NCBI GenBank assembly: GCA_017399305.1 | Contig: JAFQDK010000038.1 | Span: 97 to 64,096 of the forward strand | Direction: 5' to 3' | Length of the DNA stretch: 64,000 nt | From: Clostridia bacterium | GTDB lineage: Bacteria > Bacillota > Clostridia > Oscillospirales > CAG-272 | The notes under the pieces: generated by a model | Told to the model about the DNA's origin: nothing | The model's database searches: none | Seen by the model: the letters and a program-made list of their open reading frames with translations, nothing else | In this document: positions 36,411-47,300 of the stretch, one piece after another | How positions within the stretch are numbered: the stretch's first letter is position 1 | Layout: each line of letters opens with the position of its first letter | Translations under genes and position numbers: made by a program

Positions 36411-38801
36411 TTACTCATATAAGCTGAGTGACTCTTTTAGTGAAACAAATCCGAGATCGGAAATATCAAAACCGGGTACAAGAATCGGGAATATATCTTC
36501 ACCCATGCTGACAAGATATCCTGCGATAAAACCTGCAAGAAGATCGCTGACTTCTTCTTTATATATTTCTGGGCACTCAAGAGTTTCATGCTTCATATTT
36601 TCAAGGTTTTTACCAAAATTCTTGAAATCTGTAATCTTTCCTGTACACTTCATATCAATGCCAAACAGGAGAAGTGCAATATCATATGAAAGCTTTTTAC
36701 CCTTGGTGAGTGTGAAGTTTATCGAACCTGAAACATCCCCACCGGCAATATCAGATGAAACAACATCATAGTTAAAAAGAATATCCTCGCTGTTTGGGTC
36801 TACATACAGATTAACCGACTCGTCTTCATATTCGGGAACTGCCACTTTATAGAAATAGAATCCGTTGTACTTGTCATCAGCGTTATCTATAATCTCGCCT
36901 TTTTCCTTAATGGCAGTGACTATATTGGAATATGTATCATCATACTTTTCACGAACAGTGACATTGATGACGAGAGTATCCTTTGTCTTTTTATTTGAAA
37001 GTGTCACTGTACCTGTTGCAGCTCTTTCGCCTGTAATTTTCAGCGTAATATATGGCAAATTATGAAGATCAAACGAAAGTGATGCCTTGATTTTAGTTGT
37101 AGAGCTCTTGACAGTGTATTCTCCGGCAAGGTTGCCGTCGGGCGCATCCGTAATACCGTATTCAAAAACTTCAACATCTACCGTTTTTGTTGCACCTATC
37201 TGAATATCAAGTTCGGTTGCACTCGCGGTATATTTAACCGATGGCGCTGTGAGCTCGGGATTTTCCTCAACAGTTACTGATATTTTATGAGTATCTTCGG
37301 TAAGGTTATTGCTAAACACGATTTCGGTTGTACCTGCCTTGTGTCCAGCTATACGAAGCTCACGATAATTATTTGATTTTGTAACAGTTGCAACAGTATT
37401 ATCGCCCGATTTAAATGAAACAGTCGGGAATGAATACTCAACTGTATCGTAATCATAACCGTACTTAAGATTTACAACTTCGCCTGCTTTCAAGGTAACT
37501 TCATCTGTATCGGTAGTATACCAGACGGTATTCCACTTATACTCTGCAACAGGAGTAACCTCTGAGAGATCAGCTATTGCAATGACAGATATCGGTATTA
37601 CAAAATTGATATTCTGCCCCTCGTAATAAGTATCGTAAACAATACCGATAACCTCGCCGTATCTGTTTACAAGTGCGCCGCCATAACTTCCTTCAGAAAC
37701 AGCCGCAGTTGTCTGGATATAAGAGTAGCCGTACATAAAGCGACGTGAATTTGAAACGATGCCCTCAGAAACTGTGTTCTGCAGTCCGGCAGGGCTACCT
37801 ATAGCATACACACTTGATGCTCCTTTTACAGGCAGGGGATTTGTTTTAATTGCATCAAAACCAGTGCCGTCAATCTTCAGTATCGCCCACTGATAATCCC
37901 TCGACATATCGTAAATGCCGCTTACCTCATGCTTTGCACCGGTTGAAGGAATGGTTACTTCAATCTTTGCAGCACCGTCGATAATATGTGTGGCTGTAAC
38001 ACCTATACCGCTTTCATCAATAAAAAATCCGCTTCCTATATTCTCAACCTTGCCATCCTTATCATATGCGGTGATATAGAACACAGCATTCGCAGCATCA
38101 GAGTAGATCTGCTCTGCTGTAAGCTTGGTCTTGCCCTCATTTTCTTTATCGGTTATCTTGGTGCCGAGGTAGTTTTTACCGTAAACCTCCGCAGTAAATG
38201 CACCTTGTTCGACGAGTTTTTCAGCAAGGATATCCGTAGAATCCTTAATATTGACAGAAAGCGCGGCATACGAAACGGTAACTATATCAGCGCGAAGAAA
38301 ATTCTCGGTATCTACAATTGACGGAAGTAGTCCAAGTCCCTTTGCAAGCGCATGCGGTGCATCCCACTTGAAGTCGCCGTCTGCATCGGAATAGCCAAGT
38401 GCGCGGAGCATGAATGTAATATATGTGGCAGAATTTGCATTGTCGGTGCCGAACTTTGTATCAGACACTCCCTTGGTAAGCGTCTTTTCATAAGCATATC
38501 CCACATATTTATCTGCCCATGCAGGAACATCTGTGAAAGGATGCTTCCACTCGCCCTCAAGTGCGGTTTTCTCTTCGCCAAGCACGCGAATAAGCATAAC
38601 CAATACTTCAAGTCGTGTGGGTACACGCTCAAGATCAAAGTCTGTATCTGACACGCCTGAGAAAAGCCCCAGCGCTTTGAGGTCTGCGGCAAGCTCGGTT
38701 TCAAAAGTGAAATCACGAGTTTCGCTATCTGCCGCAAAGGCGATAATGCTAAATGCAAATACAAGTGCCAATGTAAAAAACAAGAATCTTAGTTTTTTCA
38801 T
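36411..38801 (-). CDS. SLH-anchored surface protein with a trypsin-like (HtrA-type) domain, probably inactive, and Ig-like repeats
   Basis: SLH motifs (LKALGLFSG..TRLE, HPFTDVPAWADKYVGYAY..GVS); GSGFFI, THII, AIGSP.G..NTVSEGIVS, GSYGGAL. Confidence 0.85.
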   Translation of the reverse strand: MKKLRFLFFTLALVFAFSIIAFAADSETRDFTFETELAADLKALGLFSGVSDTDFDLERVPTRLEVLVMLIRVLGEEKTALEGEWKHPFTDVPAWADKYVGYAYEKTLTKGVSDTKFGTDNANSATYITFMLRALGYSDADGDFKWDAPHALAKGLGLLPSIVDTENFLRADIVTVSYAALSVNIKDSTDILAEKLVEQGAFTAEVYGKNYLGTKITDKENEGKTKLTAEQIYSDAANAVFYITAYDKDGKVENIGSGFFIDESGIGVTATHIIDGAAKIEVTIPSTGAKHEVSGIYDMSRDYQWAILKIDGTGFDAIKTNPLPVKGASSVYAIGSPAGLQNTVSEGIVSNSRRFMYGYSYIQTTAAVSEGSYGGALVNRYGEVIGIVYDTYYEGQNINFVIPISVIAIADLSEVTPVAEYKWNTVWYTTDTDEVTLKAGEVVNLKYGYDYDTVEYSFPTVSFKSGDNTVATVTKSNNYRELRIAGHKAGTTEIVFSNNLTEDTHKISVTVEENPELTAPSVKYTASATELDIQIGATKTVDVEVFEYGITDAPDGNLAGEYTVKSSTTKIKASLSFDLHNLPYITLKITGERAATGTVTLSNKKTKDTLVINVTVREKYDDTYSNIVTAIKEKGEIIDNADDKYNGFYFYKVAVPEYEDESVNLYVDPNSEDILFNYDVVSSDIAGGDVSGSINFTLTKGKKLSYDIALLLFGIDMKCTGKITDFKNFGKNLENMKHETLECPEIYKEEVSDLLAGFIAGYLVSMGEDIFPILVPGFDISDLGFVSLKESLSLYE

Positions 38802-38944
38802 TCTATCCTCCACTATAATTTATAATTATATATTACCATTTTAGATATACACAGTCAATGCATTTGAAAATATAATACTTTAACATTGACATCGTATTAT
38901 TTTTTTGGTATATTACTTTTATATTTCAAAAAGAAGGCACAATT

Positions 38945-39838
38945 ATGGAAACACGCGAAAACAAAAAAGCAATGCTCGGTGTCATTATACCAATGCTTAT
39001 TTTCGGCACCATCGGAATCTTCAGAGAATATACTCCCCTGCCATCAGGTCTGCTTTCCATGGCGCGAGGTCTTATTGGTGCGGCATTTCTCTTTTTGGTA
39101 ATGATTATCTCGCGCGCAAAGATAAACGGCGCAGCAGTAAAGAAAAACTTTTTGCTGTTGTTTGTTTCAGGCGCAATGATTGGTGTAAACTGGATACTGC
39201 TCTTTGAAGCCTACAAATACACCACAGTACCTGTAGCAACTCTCAGCTACTATATGGCTCCGATTTTTGTAATTTTGGGCGCGGCAGTTTTGCTTAAAGA
39301 AAAGCTCACACCGCTTAAAGCAATATGTGCACTCGTTGCTTTCGTAGGTATCGTGCTTGTCGCATTCGGCAGTGATGCCGGAGGCGAAAGCGTTGAGGGC
39401 AAAAATCATCTGCTTGGCATACTGCTTGGTCTTGGTGCCGCGGCACTTTATGCAAGCGATATCCTGATAAACAAGGTTGTTGACGGTGTAAGTGCACAAG
39501 AACGCACATTGGTACAGCTTGCAACAGCAGGTGCTGTTTGTATTCCATATACATTCCTTGCAGAAAACCTTGACAAGGTAACTTTCACCGCGACAAGTGT
39601 GATAATGCTTATCATCATGGGCGTTGTGCACACCGGTATTGCATATACACTCTACTTCGGTTCGATGAAACAATTAAAAGCGCAGACCGTTGCACTGCTC
39701 AGCTACATAGATCCTGTTGCATCTGTGATACTTGCCGTTATGCTCATCCCCGGCTCGGTGCTCAGCGCCATGGGCTGGATCGGCGCTGTCCTCGTTCTCG
39801 GTGCCGCTGTTGTAAGTGAGCTCCCCAGTAAAAAATAG
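38945..39838 (+). CDS. DMT/EamA family transporter
   Basis: About 10 TM helices, two EamA repeats, LSYYMAPIFV, LLSYIDPV. Confidence 0.9.
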   Translation: METRENKKAMLGVIIPMLIFGTIGIFREYTPLPSGLLSMARGLIGAAFLFLVMIISRAKINGAAVKKNFLLLFVSGAMIGVNWILLFEAYKYTTVPVATLSYYMAPIFVILGAAVLLKEKLTPLKAICALVAFVGIVLVAFGSDAGGESVEGKNHLLGILLGLGAAALYASDILINKVVDGVSAQERTLVQLATAGAVCIPYTFLAENLDKVTFTATSVIMLIIMGVVHTGIAYTLYFGSMKQLKAQTVALLSYIDPVASVILAVMLIPGSVLSAMGWIGAVLVLGAAVVSELPSKK

Positions 39839-39843
39839 TTTTT

Positions 39844-39872
39844 AAAAACCAACCGTTATTCGGTTGGTTTTT
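39844..39872 (+). terminator. Intrinsic terminator
   Basis: AAAAACCAACCG-TTATT-CGGTTGGTTTTT. Confidence 0.85.
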
Positions 39873-39974
39873 TTGTTGCGTAGATTGAAATTCTTATCTT
39901 TAACACAATAATACCGCAAATATATGTTAATGTCAAGAAAAATTCTTGTCTTTTGCGCTTTTTGCGGAGGAATT

Positions 39975-40217
39975 ATGAAAATCTATGACTATAACGGAAA
40001 GAAAAATATTTGCGGCGAAAGAATACATGAAGCGCGATGCAAACTGCGCATGACTCAAAGCGATCTTGCGGCACAGCTTCAGGTTGCCAATATCATCATT
40101 GAACGCGACAGCATCTCACGCATTGAGATAGGCACTCGATTTGTCGCAGACTATGAACTGCGCGAAATTGCAAAAATACTTAAAGTCAGCGTAAGTTGGT
40201 TGCTTGGAATTGAATAG
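39975..40217 (+). CDS. XRE-family HTH regulator
   Basis: NICGERI..AR....MTQSDLAAQLQ...ISRIEIGTRFVADYEL; RBS GGAGG. Confidence 0.9.
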   Translation: MKIYDYNGKKNICGERIHEARCKLRMTQSDLAAQLQVANIIIERDSISRIEIGTRFVADYELREIAKILKVSVSWLLGIE

Positions 40218-40222
40218 CAAAT

Positions 40223-40261
40223 AAAAAATGCTTCCCATGTGGGAAGCATTTTTTATTATAC
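40223..40261. repeat. 39-bp direct repeat, copy 1 (palindromic terminator plus the topoisomerase 3' end sequence)
   Basis: AAAAAATGCTTCCCATGTGGGAAGCATTTTTTATTATAC, identical to 41469-41507. Confidence 0.95.
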
Positions 40262-40381
40262 CCTCATTAAATTAGTTTGCTATCACTTGATGGTAGCAAA
40301 GCTTTTTCACATAAACCAACCCAAACAACTTAAAATGTAACATGAAGATTCTAAAATTATATTGTTACTACCATGCTTATA

Positions 40382-40909
40382 CTACTGTTGTGGCGCTTTT
40401 GTAATTTTTTCAACTTTCAATGACAAAACCTTTTCTGCTGTAATAGTCCACTCGGGAAGTTTTACCCATTCAAACGAATTACACCACGGTCCTCTGTACC
40501 ATAGCTTACCCGAATCTACAAGTCTACTGAAAGTCATATCCTTGGCAGAAGGGCAAACAATTATTTCATACGTTTTATTGGCAGAAAGGTTTATTGTTGC
40601 AGATTTTTTCATGTAACAATTGTACATTTTCGAACGTTCTTTCCCGCTCATATCTTTAACATAAATAAAGAAATCGCCATATGTATTGAGATAGCTTGTT
40701 CCCATCGCGGCGTTTGAATACGATATTTTCCCTTTAATCTGCGAGAACTTCAATTTGGTTGCCTTTTTTGTTTTTACAACCATAACTTTTGATACATTAC
40801 CATAACCGCCTGTAGTATAATTCTTAGCAGTTGCTGCAGAAACAGGTAATAACAATGAAAAAACCAATGCCAACAAGGTAAAAATTGATGCGACTCTGTT
40901 TTTTATCAT
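40382..40909 (-). CDS. Secreted basic hypothetical protein
   Basis: Signal peptide (MIKNRVASIFTLLALVFSLLLPVSAA), Lys-rich beta-type mature part; RBS AAAGGAG. Confidence 0.75.
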   Translation of the reverse strand: MIKNRVASIFTLLALVFSLLLPVSAATAKNYTTGGYGNVSKVMVVKTKKATKLKFSQIKGKISYSNAAMGTSYLNTYGDFFIYVKDMSGKERSKMYNCYMKKSATINLSANKTYEIIVCPSAKDMTFSRLVDSGKLWYRGPWCNSFEWVKLPEWTITAEKVLSLKVEKITKAPQQ

Positions 40910-41056
40910 GATTTAAGTCTCCTTTCTAAAACTACATTTCCATTTTACACCACAAGTTGCAATTTTTCAACACTAAAAGTTATTTTTATATCACCCTGAG
41001 AGTTCCTTTAAAAAAATAATTGGCTACACTAAAATAATAATAAGGGATGTGAAAAA

Positions 41057-41371
41057 ATGATAAACAAAGAAATTGGGCTACGTATTCGAAAACAACGTGA
41101 ACTTTTAGGGTACACTAGAGAAGAACTCGCCGAAAAACTAAACGTTTCTCCTAAATTCTGTGCAGATATTGAGCACGGCACAAAAGGTATGAGCACTGAT
41201 ACATTATGCAAATTATCTAAAGAATTATTAATGTCAACCGACTATATTCTTTTTGGACTCTGTAACGATGATAAAAATTCCGAAATAGAGAATCTTATTA
41301 ATTTATGTAGTTCGGACAAAAAAGACTACCTCAAGAATATAATATTCAATTTTATAAAAGCTTCACAATAA
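41057..41371 (+). CDS. XRE-family HTH regulator
   Basis: IGLRIRKQR...YTREELAEKLNVS..F.ADIEHG.KGMS...STDYILFG. Confidence 0.9.
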   Translation: MINKEIGLRIRKQRELLGYTREELAEKLNVSPKFCADIEHGTKGMSTDTLCKLSKELLMSTDYILFGLCNDDKNSEIENLINLCSSDKKDYLKNIIFNFIKASQ

Positions 41372-41400
41372 CCTTGCATATTTGTGAAGCTTTTATTTTT
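41354..41400 (+). terminator. Terminator of the island XRE gene
   Basis: 15-bp inverted repeat ATAAAAGCTTCACAA / TTGTGAAGCTTTTAT followed by a T run. Confidence 0.7.
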
Positions 41401-41468
41401 TTACACTATTAAATTGAATAGTTAAGACAATTGATAAATCATCAGCGGCTTCCGCACGTCTATAGAAC

Positions 41469-41507
41469 AAAAAATGCTTCCCATGTGGGAAGCATTTTTT
41501 ATTATAC
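41469..41507. repeat. 39-bp direct repeat, copy 2 (last codon, stop and terminator of the topoisomerase B gene)
   Basis: Identical to 40223-40261. Confidence 0.95.
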
Positions 41508-43508
41508 ATCTGCCATCGCGATATACTTTGCACCGTTGTCAGCGATATACTGGCGGCGGCGGGCGACATTGTCGCCGAGCATAAGCTCAAACATATCATC
41601 TGTTGCCGCGGCATCGGTAGCAGTTACCGAGATAAGGCGGCGTGTTTCAGGATTCATGGTGGTCTTGGACATCATCTCTGCCTCATTTTCACCAAGTCCC
41701 TTTGAACGCTGGAGCTTATATTTTATCTTCTCTGCATCAAGCTTTGCAAGGATATCCGCCTTTTCAAACTCATTATACGCAAAGTAGGTATCATTCTTTG
41801 TGGTTATCTCGAACAGAGGCGACTCTGCGATAAACACTTTTCCCTTTTCGATAAGCGTGGGCAGTAACTGATAAAACAGTGTAAGAAGCAAAGTTCTTAT
41901 CTGGAATCCGTCCTCATCGGCATCGGTACAAATGATTATCTTATTCCAGCGAAGCGCATCGTAATTGAACATTGCAAGGTCGCCACGCTCTTTGCCTTTA
42001 AACTCAACGCCACAACCGATAACGCGAAGAAGGTCTGTGATAATCTCACTTTCAAAAATACGCTTTGTCGAAGCCTTAAGGCAATTGAGAGTTTTACCTC
42101 TTACAGGGATTATCGCCTGAAACTCCGCATTGCGCGCCTGCTTACATGAGGACATAGCACTGTCACCCTCAACTATATAAAGCTCACGCACTGCAGGGTC
42201 TTTTGAGCGGCAACCGACAAACTTTTCAACGCGGTTAGAAAAATCAGTTGTTGCTTGAAGCTTCTTTTTAATATCACTTCTCGTCTGCTCTGCACTTTCA
42301 CGTGCGCGCTTATTGGTCATAACCTGCTTTGCAAACACCTCTGCATCTGCAGGATGCTCAGCAAAATAAACCTCAAGATTATGCTTGATAAACTCGGTCA
42401 GCGCATCCTTGATAAAGACATTGGTTATTGCTTTTTTCGTCTGATTCTCATAGGAAACTTGAGTAGACATACTGTTTATAATCAGAATAAGACTGTCCTC
42501 AATATCGGCAAAGCCAATCTTGCTCTCATTCTTTTTATAGTGACCGTTTGCTTTCAAATACTTATCAAGCGCATACACAAATCCAAGGCGCACCGCTTTA
42601 TCCGGGGAGCCACCATGCTCCAGAAAACTTGAGTTGTGATAATACTCAAGTCGGCTTGCGGTCTTTGACAGACAGAATACGATATCTGCTTCAAGCTTAT
42701 AGTCTTCTTTGTCCTCGCGGTCACGTCCGCTTGTTTCAAGATGCCAGCGTGTCGGCTCGGTAAGTGCAGTTTCACCTGCAAGCTCCCTGATATAATCCGA
42801 AATACCGTTTTCGTATACGAATTCCTCTGTATCAAACTTTCCGTCCTCATTCTCGGTTTTCAGAATGAATTTCAATCCGGCATTTGCAACAGACTGCTGC
42901 TGAAGCACGCCGCGGAAAGAATCATAAGGTATTGCAATATCGGTGAAAACCTCAAGGTCTGGACGCCAACGTATAATGGTGCCGTGCTTTTTTTCACGCT
43001 TTTCTATCGGGCGACTTTTGAGTTTTGACGACGGAGAACCCTTTTTAAAACTAATAGTGTGAACCTCTGTACCGTCATACGAAGCTACCTCCATGAACTC
43101 AGACGAATACTGAGTTGCGCATGCGCCAAGACCGTTGAGTCCAAGCGAATAGCTGTATGCCGAGTTGTCATCATTATTGGAATACTTGCCGCCTGCATAA
43201 AGCTCACAGAAAACAAGCTCCCAGTTAAAGCGCTTTTCCTTTTCATTATATCCAAGCGGAACACCGCGGCCAAAGTCCTCAACTTCAATTGTATGGTCAC
43301 GCCATACAGTAATAATTATCTCACTGCCGTGTCCTTCTTTTGCCTCATCGACCGAGTTTGAAAGTATCTCAAAGAAGGAATGCTCACATCCCTCAAGTCC
43401 GTCAGAACCAAATATTACCGCGGGGCGTTTACGCACGCGGTCAGCACCCTTAAGCATTGAAATACTTTGGTTATTATACTGTGCTGTATTCTTGTCACTC
43501 TGCGCCAT
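41502..43508 (-). CDS. Type II DNA topoisomerase subunit B (GyrB/ParE family, divergent clostridial paralog)
   Basis: VRKRP, EILSNSVDE, DFGRGVP, GLNGLG, VEGDSA, PVRGK, TDADEDG, SKGLGE. Confidence 0.92.
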   Translation of the reverse strand: MAQSDKNTAQYNNQSISMLKGADRVRKRPAVIFGSDGLEGCEHSFFEILSNSVDEAKEGHGSEIIITVWRDHTIEVEDFGRGVPLGYNEKEKRFNWELVFCELYAGGKYSNNDDNSAYSYSLGLNGLGACATQYSSEFMEVASYDGTEVHTISFKKGSPSSKLKSRPIEKREKKHGTIIRWRPDLEVFTDIAIPYDSFRGVLQQQSVANAGLKFILKTENEDGKFDTEEFVYENGISDYIRELAGETALTEPTRWHLETSGRDREDKEDYKLEADIVFCLSKTASRLEYYHNSSFLEHGGSPDKAVRLGFVYALDKYLKANGHYKKNESKIGFADIEDSLILIINSMSTQVSYENQTKKAITNVFIKDALTEFIKHNLEVYFAEHPADAEVFAKQVMTNKRARESAEQTRSDIKKKLQATTDFSNRVEKFVGCRSKDPAVRELYIVEGDSAMSSCKQARNAEFQAIIPVRGKTLNCLKASTKRIFESEIITDLLRVIGCGVEFKGKERGDLAMFNYDALRWNKIIICTDADEDGFQIRTLLLTLFYQLLPTLIEKGKVFIAESPLFEITTKNDTYFAYNEFEKADILAKLDAEKIKYKLQRSKGLGENEAEMMSKTTMNPETRRLISVTATDAAATDDMFELMLGDNVARRRQYIADNGAKYIAMADV

Positions 43509-43666
43509 GTGCATCTCCTGCAAATGTATTTTTTCTTATCTTATATTATACAATATCTATGAATTTTTGTCAATCGGCAATCAATATGTAGTTTTTGTCG
43601 CAATCGGTTGCTAATGATAGTATTTTTTGATATACTATATATAGTATATCAATAGGAGGTTAGAGA

Positions 43667-44359
43667 ATGATAGACCGCGACGAAGTCAAACGTCTTAAAA
43701 AAGAGAATCACGACCTCAAAAAGAAACTGTACAAACTTGAAATGGAATCTCATGCAGAAGATGAGTCAGGCGACGGCATGAAGGATTGCTTCGGCGCAAC
43801 AAATTATTTTTCATATCTACTTGCGAAAATGCGCCGTAAAAACGGTTTTTCAACCTTTGAAAAATACTTTAAAAACTCTTTATGGATAACAAGCATTCTC
43901 CGCTGGGGAGTTCTCATATACCAGTATTTACAGGCAGGTGCATTTATGATCCTTTACACTGCCGCGTTCATTCTTGTTATTCCCGTTATTTTAGTGATAT
44001 CTGCGCTCACACTTGCGCTCACACTGATTTTGAGAAGTCACAATGCATCCTTACTCTTAAAAGAAGCAAAGCGAAACATTCTGTTTATCATACCCAACAG
44101 CAAAGAAAACTTTAACAGAATGTTTTTACGACAAATTGCGGAAGAACACAAAACTTCCACTGTACTGATAGTTTCGCCTTTCTTTTTAAAACGGCATGGT
44201 ATTGGTGAAAGCAATAAAATGTACGTCTGTTTCAGGAAAGAGAGCGACAATGTTTTTATTCTGAGAAACTATTTTTTCTTCTATTTCCGCAAGCGTTTAA
44301 AGAAAGAACAAAGGTTTGAAATAAAAGAAATTCACACTTTAGGAAGAAAGAAAATATAA
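43667..44359 (+). CDS. Hypothetical membrane protein, first gene of the addBA operon
   Basis: RBS AGGAGG; coiled-coil N-terminus, central hydrophobic helices; stop overlaps the addB start (TAATG). Confidence 0.7.
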   Translation: MIDRDEVKRLKKENHDLKKKLYKLEMESHAEDESGDGMKDCFGATNYFSYLLAKMRRKNGFSTFEKYFKNSLWITSILRWGVLIYQYLQAGAFMILYTAAFILVIPVILVISALTLALTLILRSHNASLLLKEAKRNILFIIPNSKENFNRMFLRQIAEEHKTSTVLIVSPFFLKRHGIGESNKMYVCFRKESDNVFILRNYFFFYFRKRLKKEQRFEIKEIHTLGRKKI

Positions 44360-47300
44360 TGCTGACATTACTCTATGGAACACGCGCCGCGCGTGATGAA
44401 ATATTCTCCCTCATTGCAAAAGATGTTGCCGACGGACGCAGAGCATATCTCATCGTACCTGATCAGAAAGCGCTGCTCGCAGAAAACGCTCTTATGAATT
44501 ATCTGCCCAAAAGTGCTGCACTGCTTGTCGATGCGGTTGGTTTTTCACGCCTTGCAAACCTCGTTTCAAGGCGGTACGGCGCGCTGACATACCAATATGC
44601 AAACGACGGTGCAAAGTCGCTGACAATGTACCGCGCCATAAAAAAGCTTACGCCATATCTACACGTATTCGGCGGAGAAATGCAAAGCGGCACTCTTGAT
44701 GCTCTTTGCTCGCTGATGGGCGAATTTCGCGCATGTTCGATAAAATCAAATGACCTTGACCTTGCCGCAAACGCTCTTGGTGATTCTCCGCTTGCAGAGA
44801 AGCTTCGCGACCTTGCGCTTATTTATACAGAATACGAAACGATTTTGCATGAGCGTTTCTGCGAACAGGCGGACGACATTGATACGCTTTGCGACTTACT
44901 TGCAGAAAATGACTTTTTCGGCGACTCGCACGTATATATCGACTCATTTATCAGCTTTACAAAGCAAGAAACAACCGTCCTTTCTCATATTCTCTCACGA
45001 GGAAGTAATGTTACACTGGCACTGCCATTCAGCCGCGTTGGTGCTCATATGGCGGAGTGTGCCGATACCAGAAAAAAACTGCTGTCGCTATGCGCCAAGC
45101 TTTCTGTTGAGGTTGAAGAAAAGTATACATACTCAAACGATCCTGAACCGCTTGAATTCGCAAAAGAGAATCTGTGGGATCTTTCGTGTGAAGACAAGTT
45201 TGAAGGTTCTACAAAAGGTTGTCTTGAACTTTATAAATGCGCTGACAAAAACGAAGAAGTTTCTCTTTGCCTTGGCGAAATATTCAAAGCTTTGCAAAAC
45301 GGCAATTCTTATTCCGATATTGCGATAATAGCGCGCAATGCTGAAAACTACTCCGGCACGCTTGACAGAGCATTAGATAGATGCGGTATTCCATTTTTCT
45401 TTTCCAAAAAATCAAGTGCAGAGCTTCTGCCACTGACACGTCTTATTCTTTCCGCACTCTCACTCTATGTATACAACTTTAAGCAAAGTGATGTTGCAGC
45501 GTATATCAAAACAGGTCTTGTCGGTCTATCTGACGATGAGTGCGACGTATTTGAAGAATACACAGATCGCTGGAATATTTGCGGCAGGCACAGATATCTC
45601 GACGGAGATGACTTTACCATGTCAGGACAAGGCTACACCGCAGAAGTGACCGACATGGCTACGCTTGAAGAAATCAACGAAATTAAACGGAAGATCGCTT
45701 CCCCACTCTCTCGCCTGTGCGACTCGCTCGACGGTGCGCGCACTGTGCGCGACTTTTCTACAGCGATATATGAATACTTAAGTGAAACAGAAATACGTGA
45801 AAAATCTGCCGATGCCAATTTCGTAAAGTTTTTCGGTACTGACAAAAGTGCAGATGCAATCCGCCTTTGGAACATGACGATGGAGGCACTCGATACAATG
45901 GTAGAAGCGGCTGGCGACGAAGAAACAACCGCATCCGACTTTTGCACGCTTGTTCGCCTTTTGTTTTCATCCATTGACATTGCAGAAATTCCTTCTTCAA
46001 AAGACCAGATCATTATCGGCAGTGCGGATACTATCCGCATTGATGAAAGAAAAATAGTTTTAATAATCGGTGCAAACGAAGGCATTTTCCCCGCACCGGT
46101 ATCCGAAAGTCCCACGCTTTGCGAAAGTGAACGCAATGCACTCAAAGAGGTTGGCGTTACCCTGTCACAAAATCTGCGTTTAAGAAGTGCACGTGAACTC
46201 TACCACTTTGTGCGCTCAATTGATTTTGCAACTGACAAAGCTGTGATTTCTTACTACCTTTCCGACATTGACGGCAGCAAGCGTGAGCCGTCCTTCGCGA
46301 TATCTCGCCTTAAAAAATTGTTCCCGGCGCTTGAAAAGTGTTCGTACACCGCGCTTGCACTGACCGACAGAGTGTTTTACCCCACATCTGCCGCAGACGC
46401 AATCGGTGTTTACGGAGACGAGGCTGAAAAAGTGCTGAAAGCAACACTGTCCGAAAAAGGTATGTATACGCCGCCAATCAAAGACGTAACTGCGCTTGGC
46501 AATGCGTATTCCGCAATATCAAGTGACATAGCAAAAGACATATACGGCGACAGTATGCGACTTTCACAAAGCAAGATAGATACCTACAGCGATTGCCGTC
46601 TTCGCCACTTCATGCAATACATCATCAATCTTGAAGACACTGCCCCATTTGAGTTTAATCCGGCAAACACCGGTACATTTGTTCACAGCGTGCTTGAAAA
46701 CTTTCTCGGCGCGGTAAAGTCTGGCGGCAAGAGAATCGCAGATCTTGAAGAAGACGAAATAGAAATGCTTGCATCAACTCTATGCGCCGCGGAAACAGAA
46801 AAAATAATGCGTTCTGCCGCAGGCAAAAATGCACGTATGCTATGTTTTTTCGACCGTATGAAGCGCAGCATTATCCTGATACTGCGAAGCCTTGTAAATG
46901 AGTTTAAAAACAGCTCATTTGAACCGTTTTTGCTTGAATACCGAATTGGTTCTGGCGGACACAAACCTCTTTCGGTTACACTGCCAGACGGAGCCGAAGT
47001 CAGCCTTAACGGTATTGCCGACCGAATTGACATATGCAAACAGGACGGGAAAGTTTTTTTGCGAGTTTCCGACTACAAGACCGGCAAAAAGCCTTTCTCA
47101 GAAGCCGACCTGAAAAAAGGCAAGAATCTGCAATTGCTCATTTATCTTTTTTCACTCTGCTATGTTGCAGACAAGCATTTCTTTGATCTTGTCGGAGTAG
47201 ACAAAACAGACGACATTGTTCCGGCAAGCGTAACGTACTTTGTTGTAAAGCCGCCAAAGATATCGCTTGACACTCCTCCTACCGAGGATATCACTCCCGA

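Larger units (their letters stand above)
40223..41507. mobile_element. Putative integrase-less mini-island at the 3' end of the topoisomerase B gene
   Basis: Bounded by identical 39-bp repeats; visibly more AT-rich; carries a divergent secreted-protein and XRE gene pair. Confidence 0.6.

Noticed and set aside
41393-41614. 73-aa minus-strand ORF or topoisomerase remnant across the right repeat
   Set aside because: It is an alternative frame running through a terminator, has no RBS, and the AEAADDL resemblance to GyrB is too short to support.
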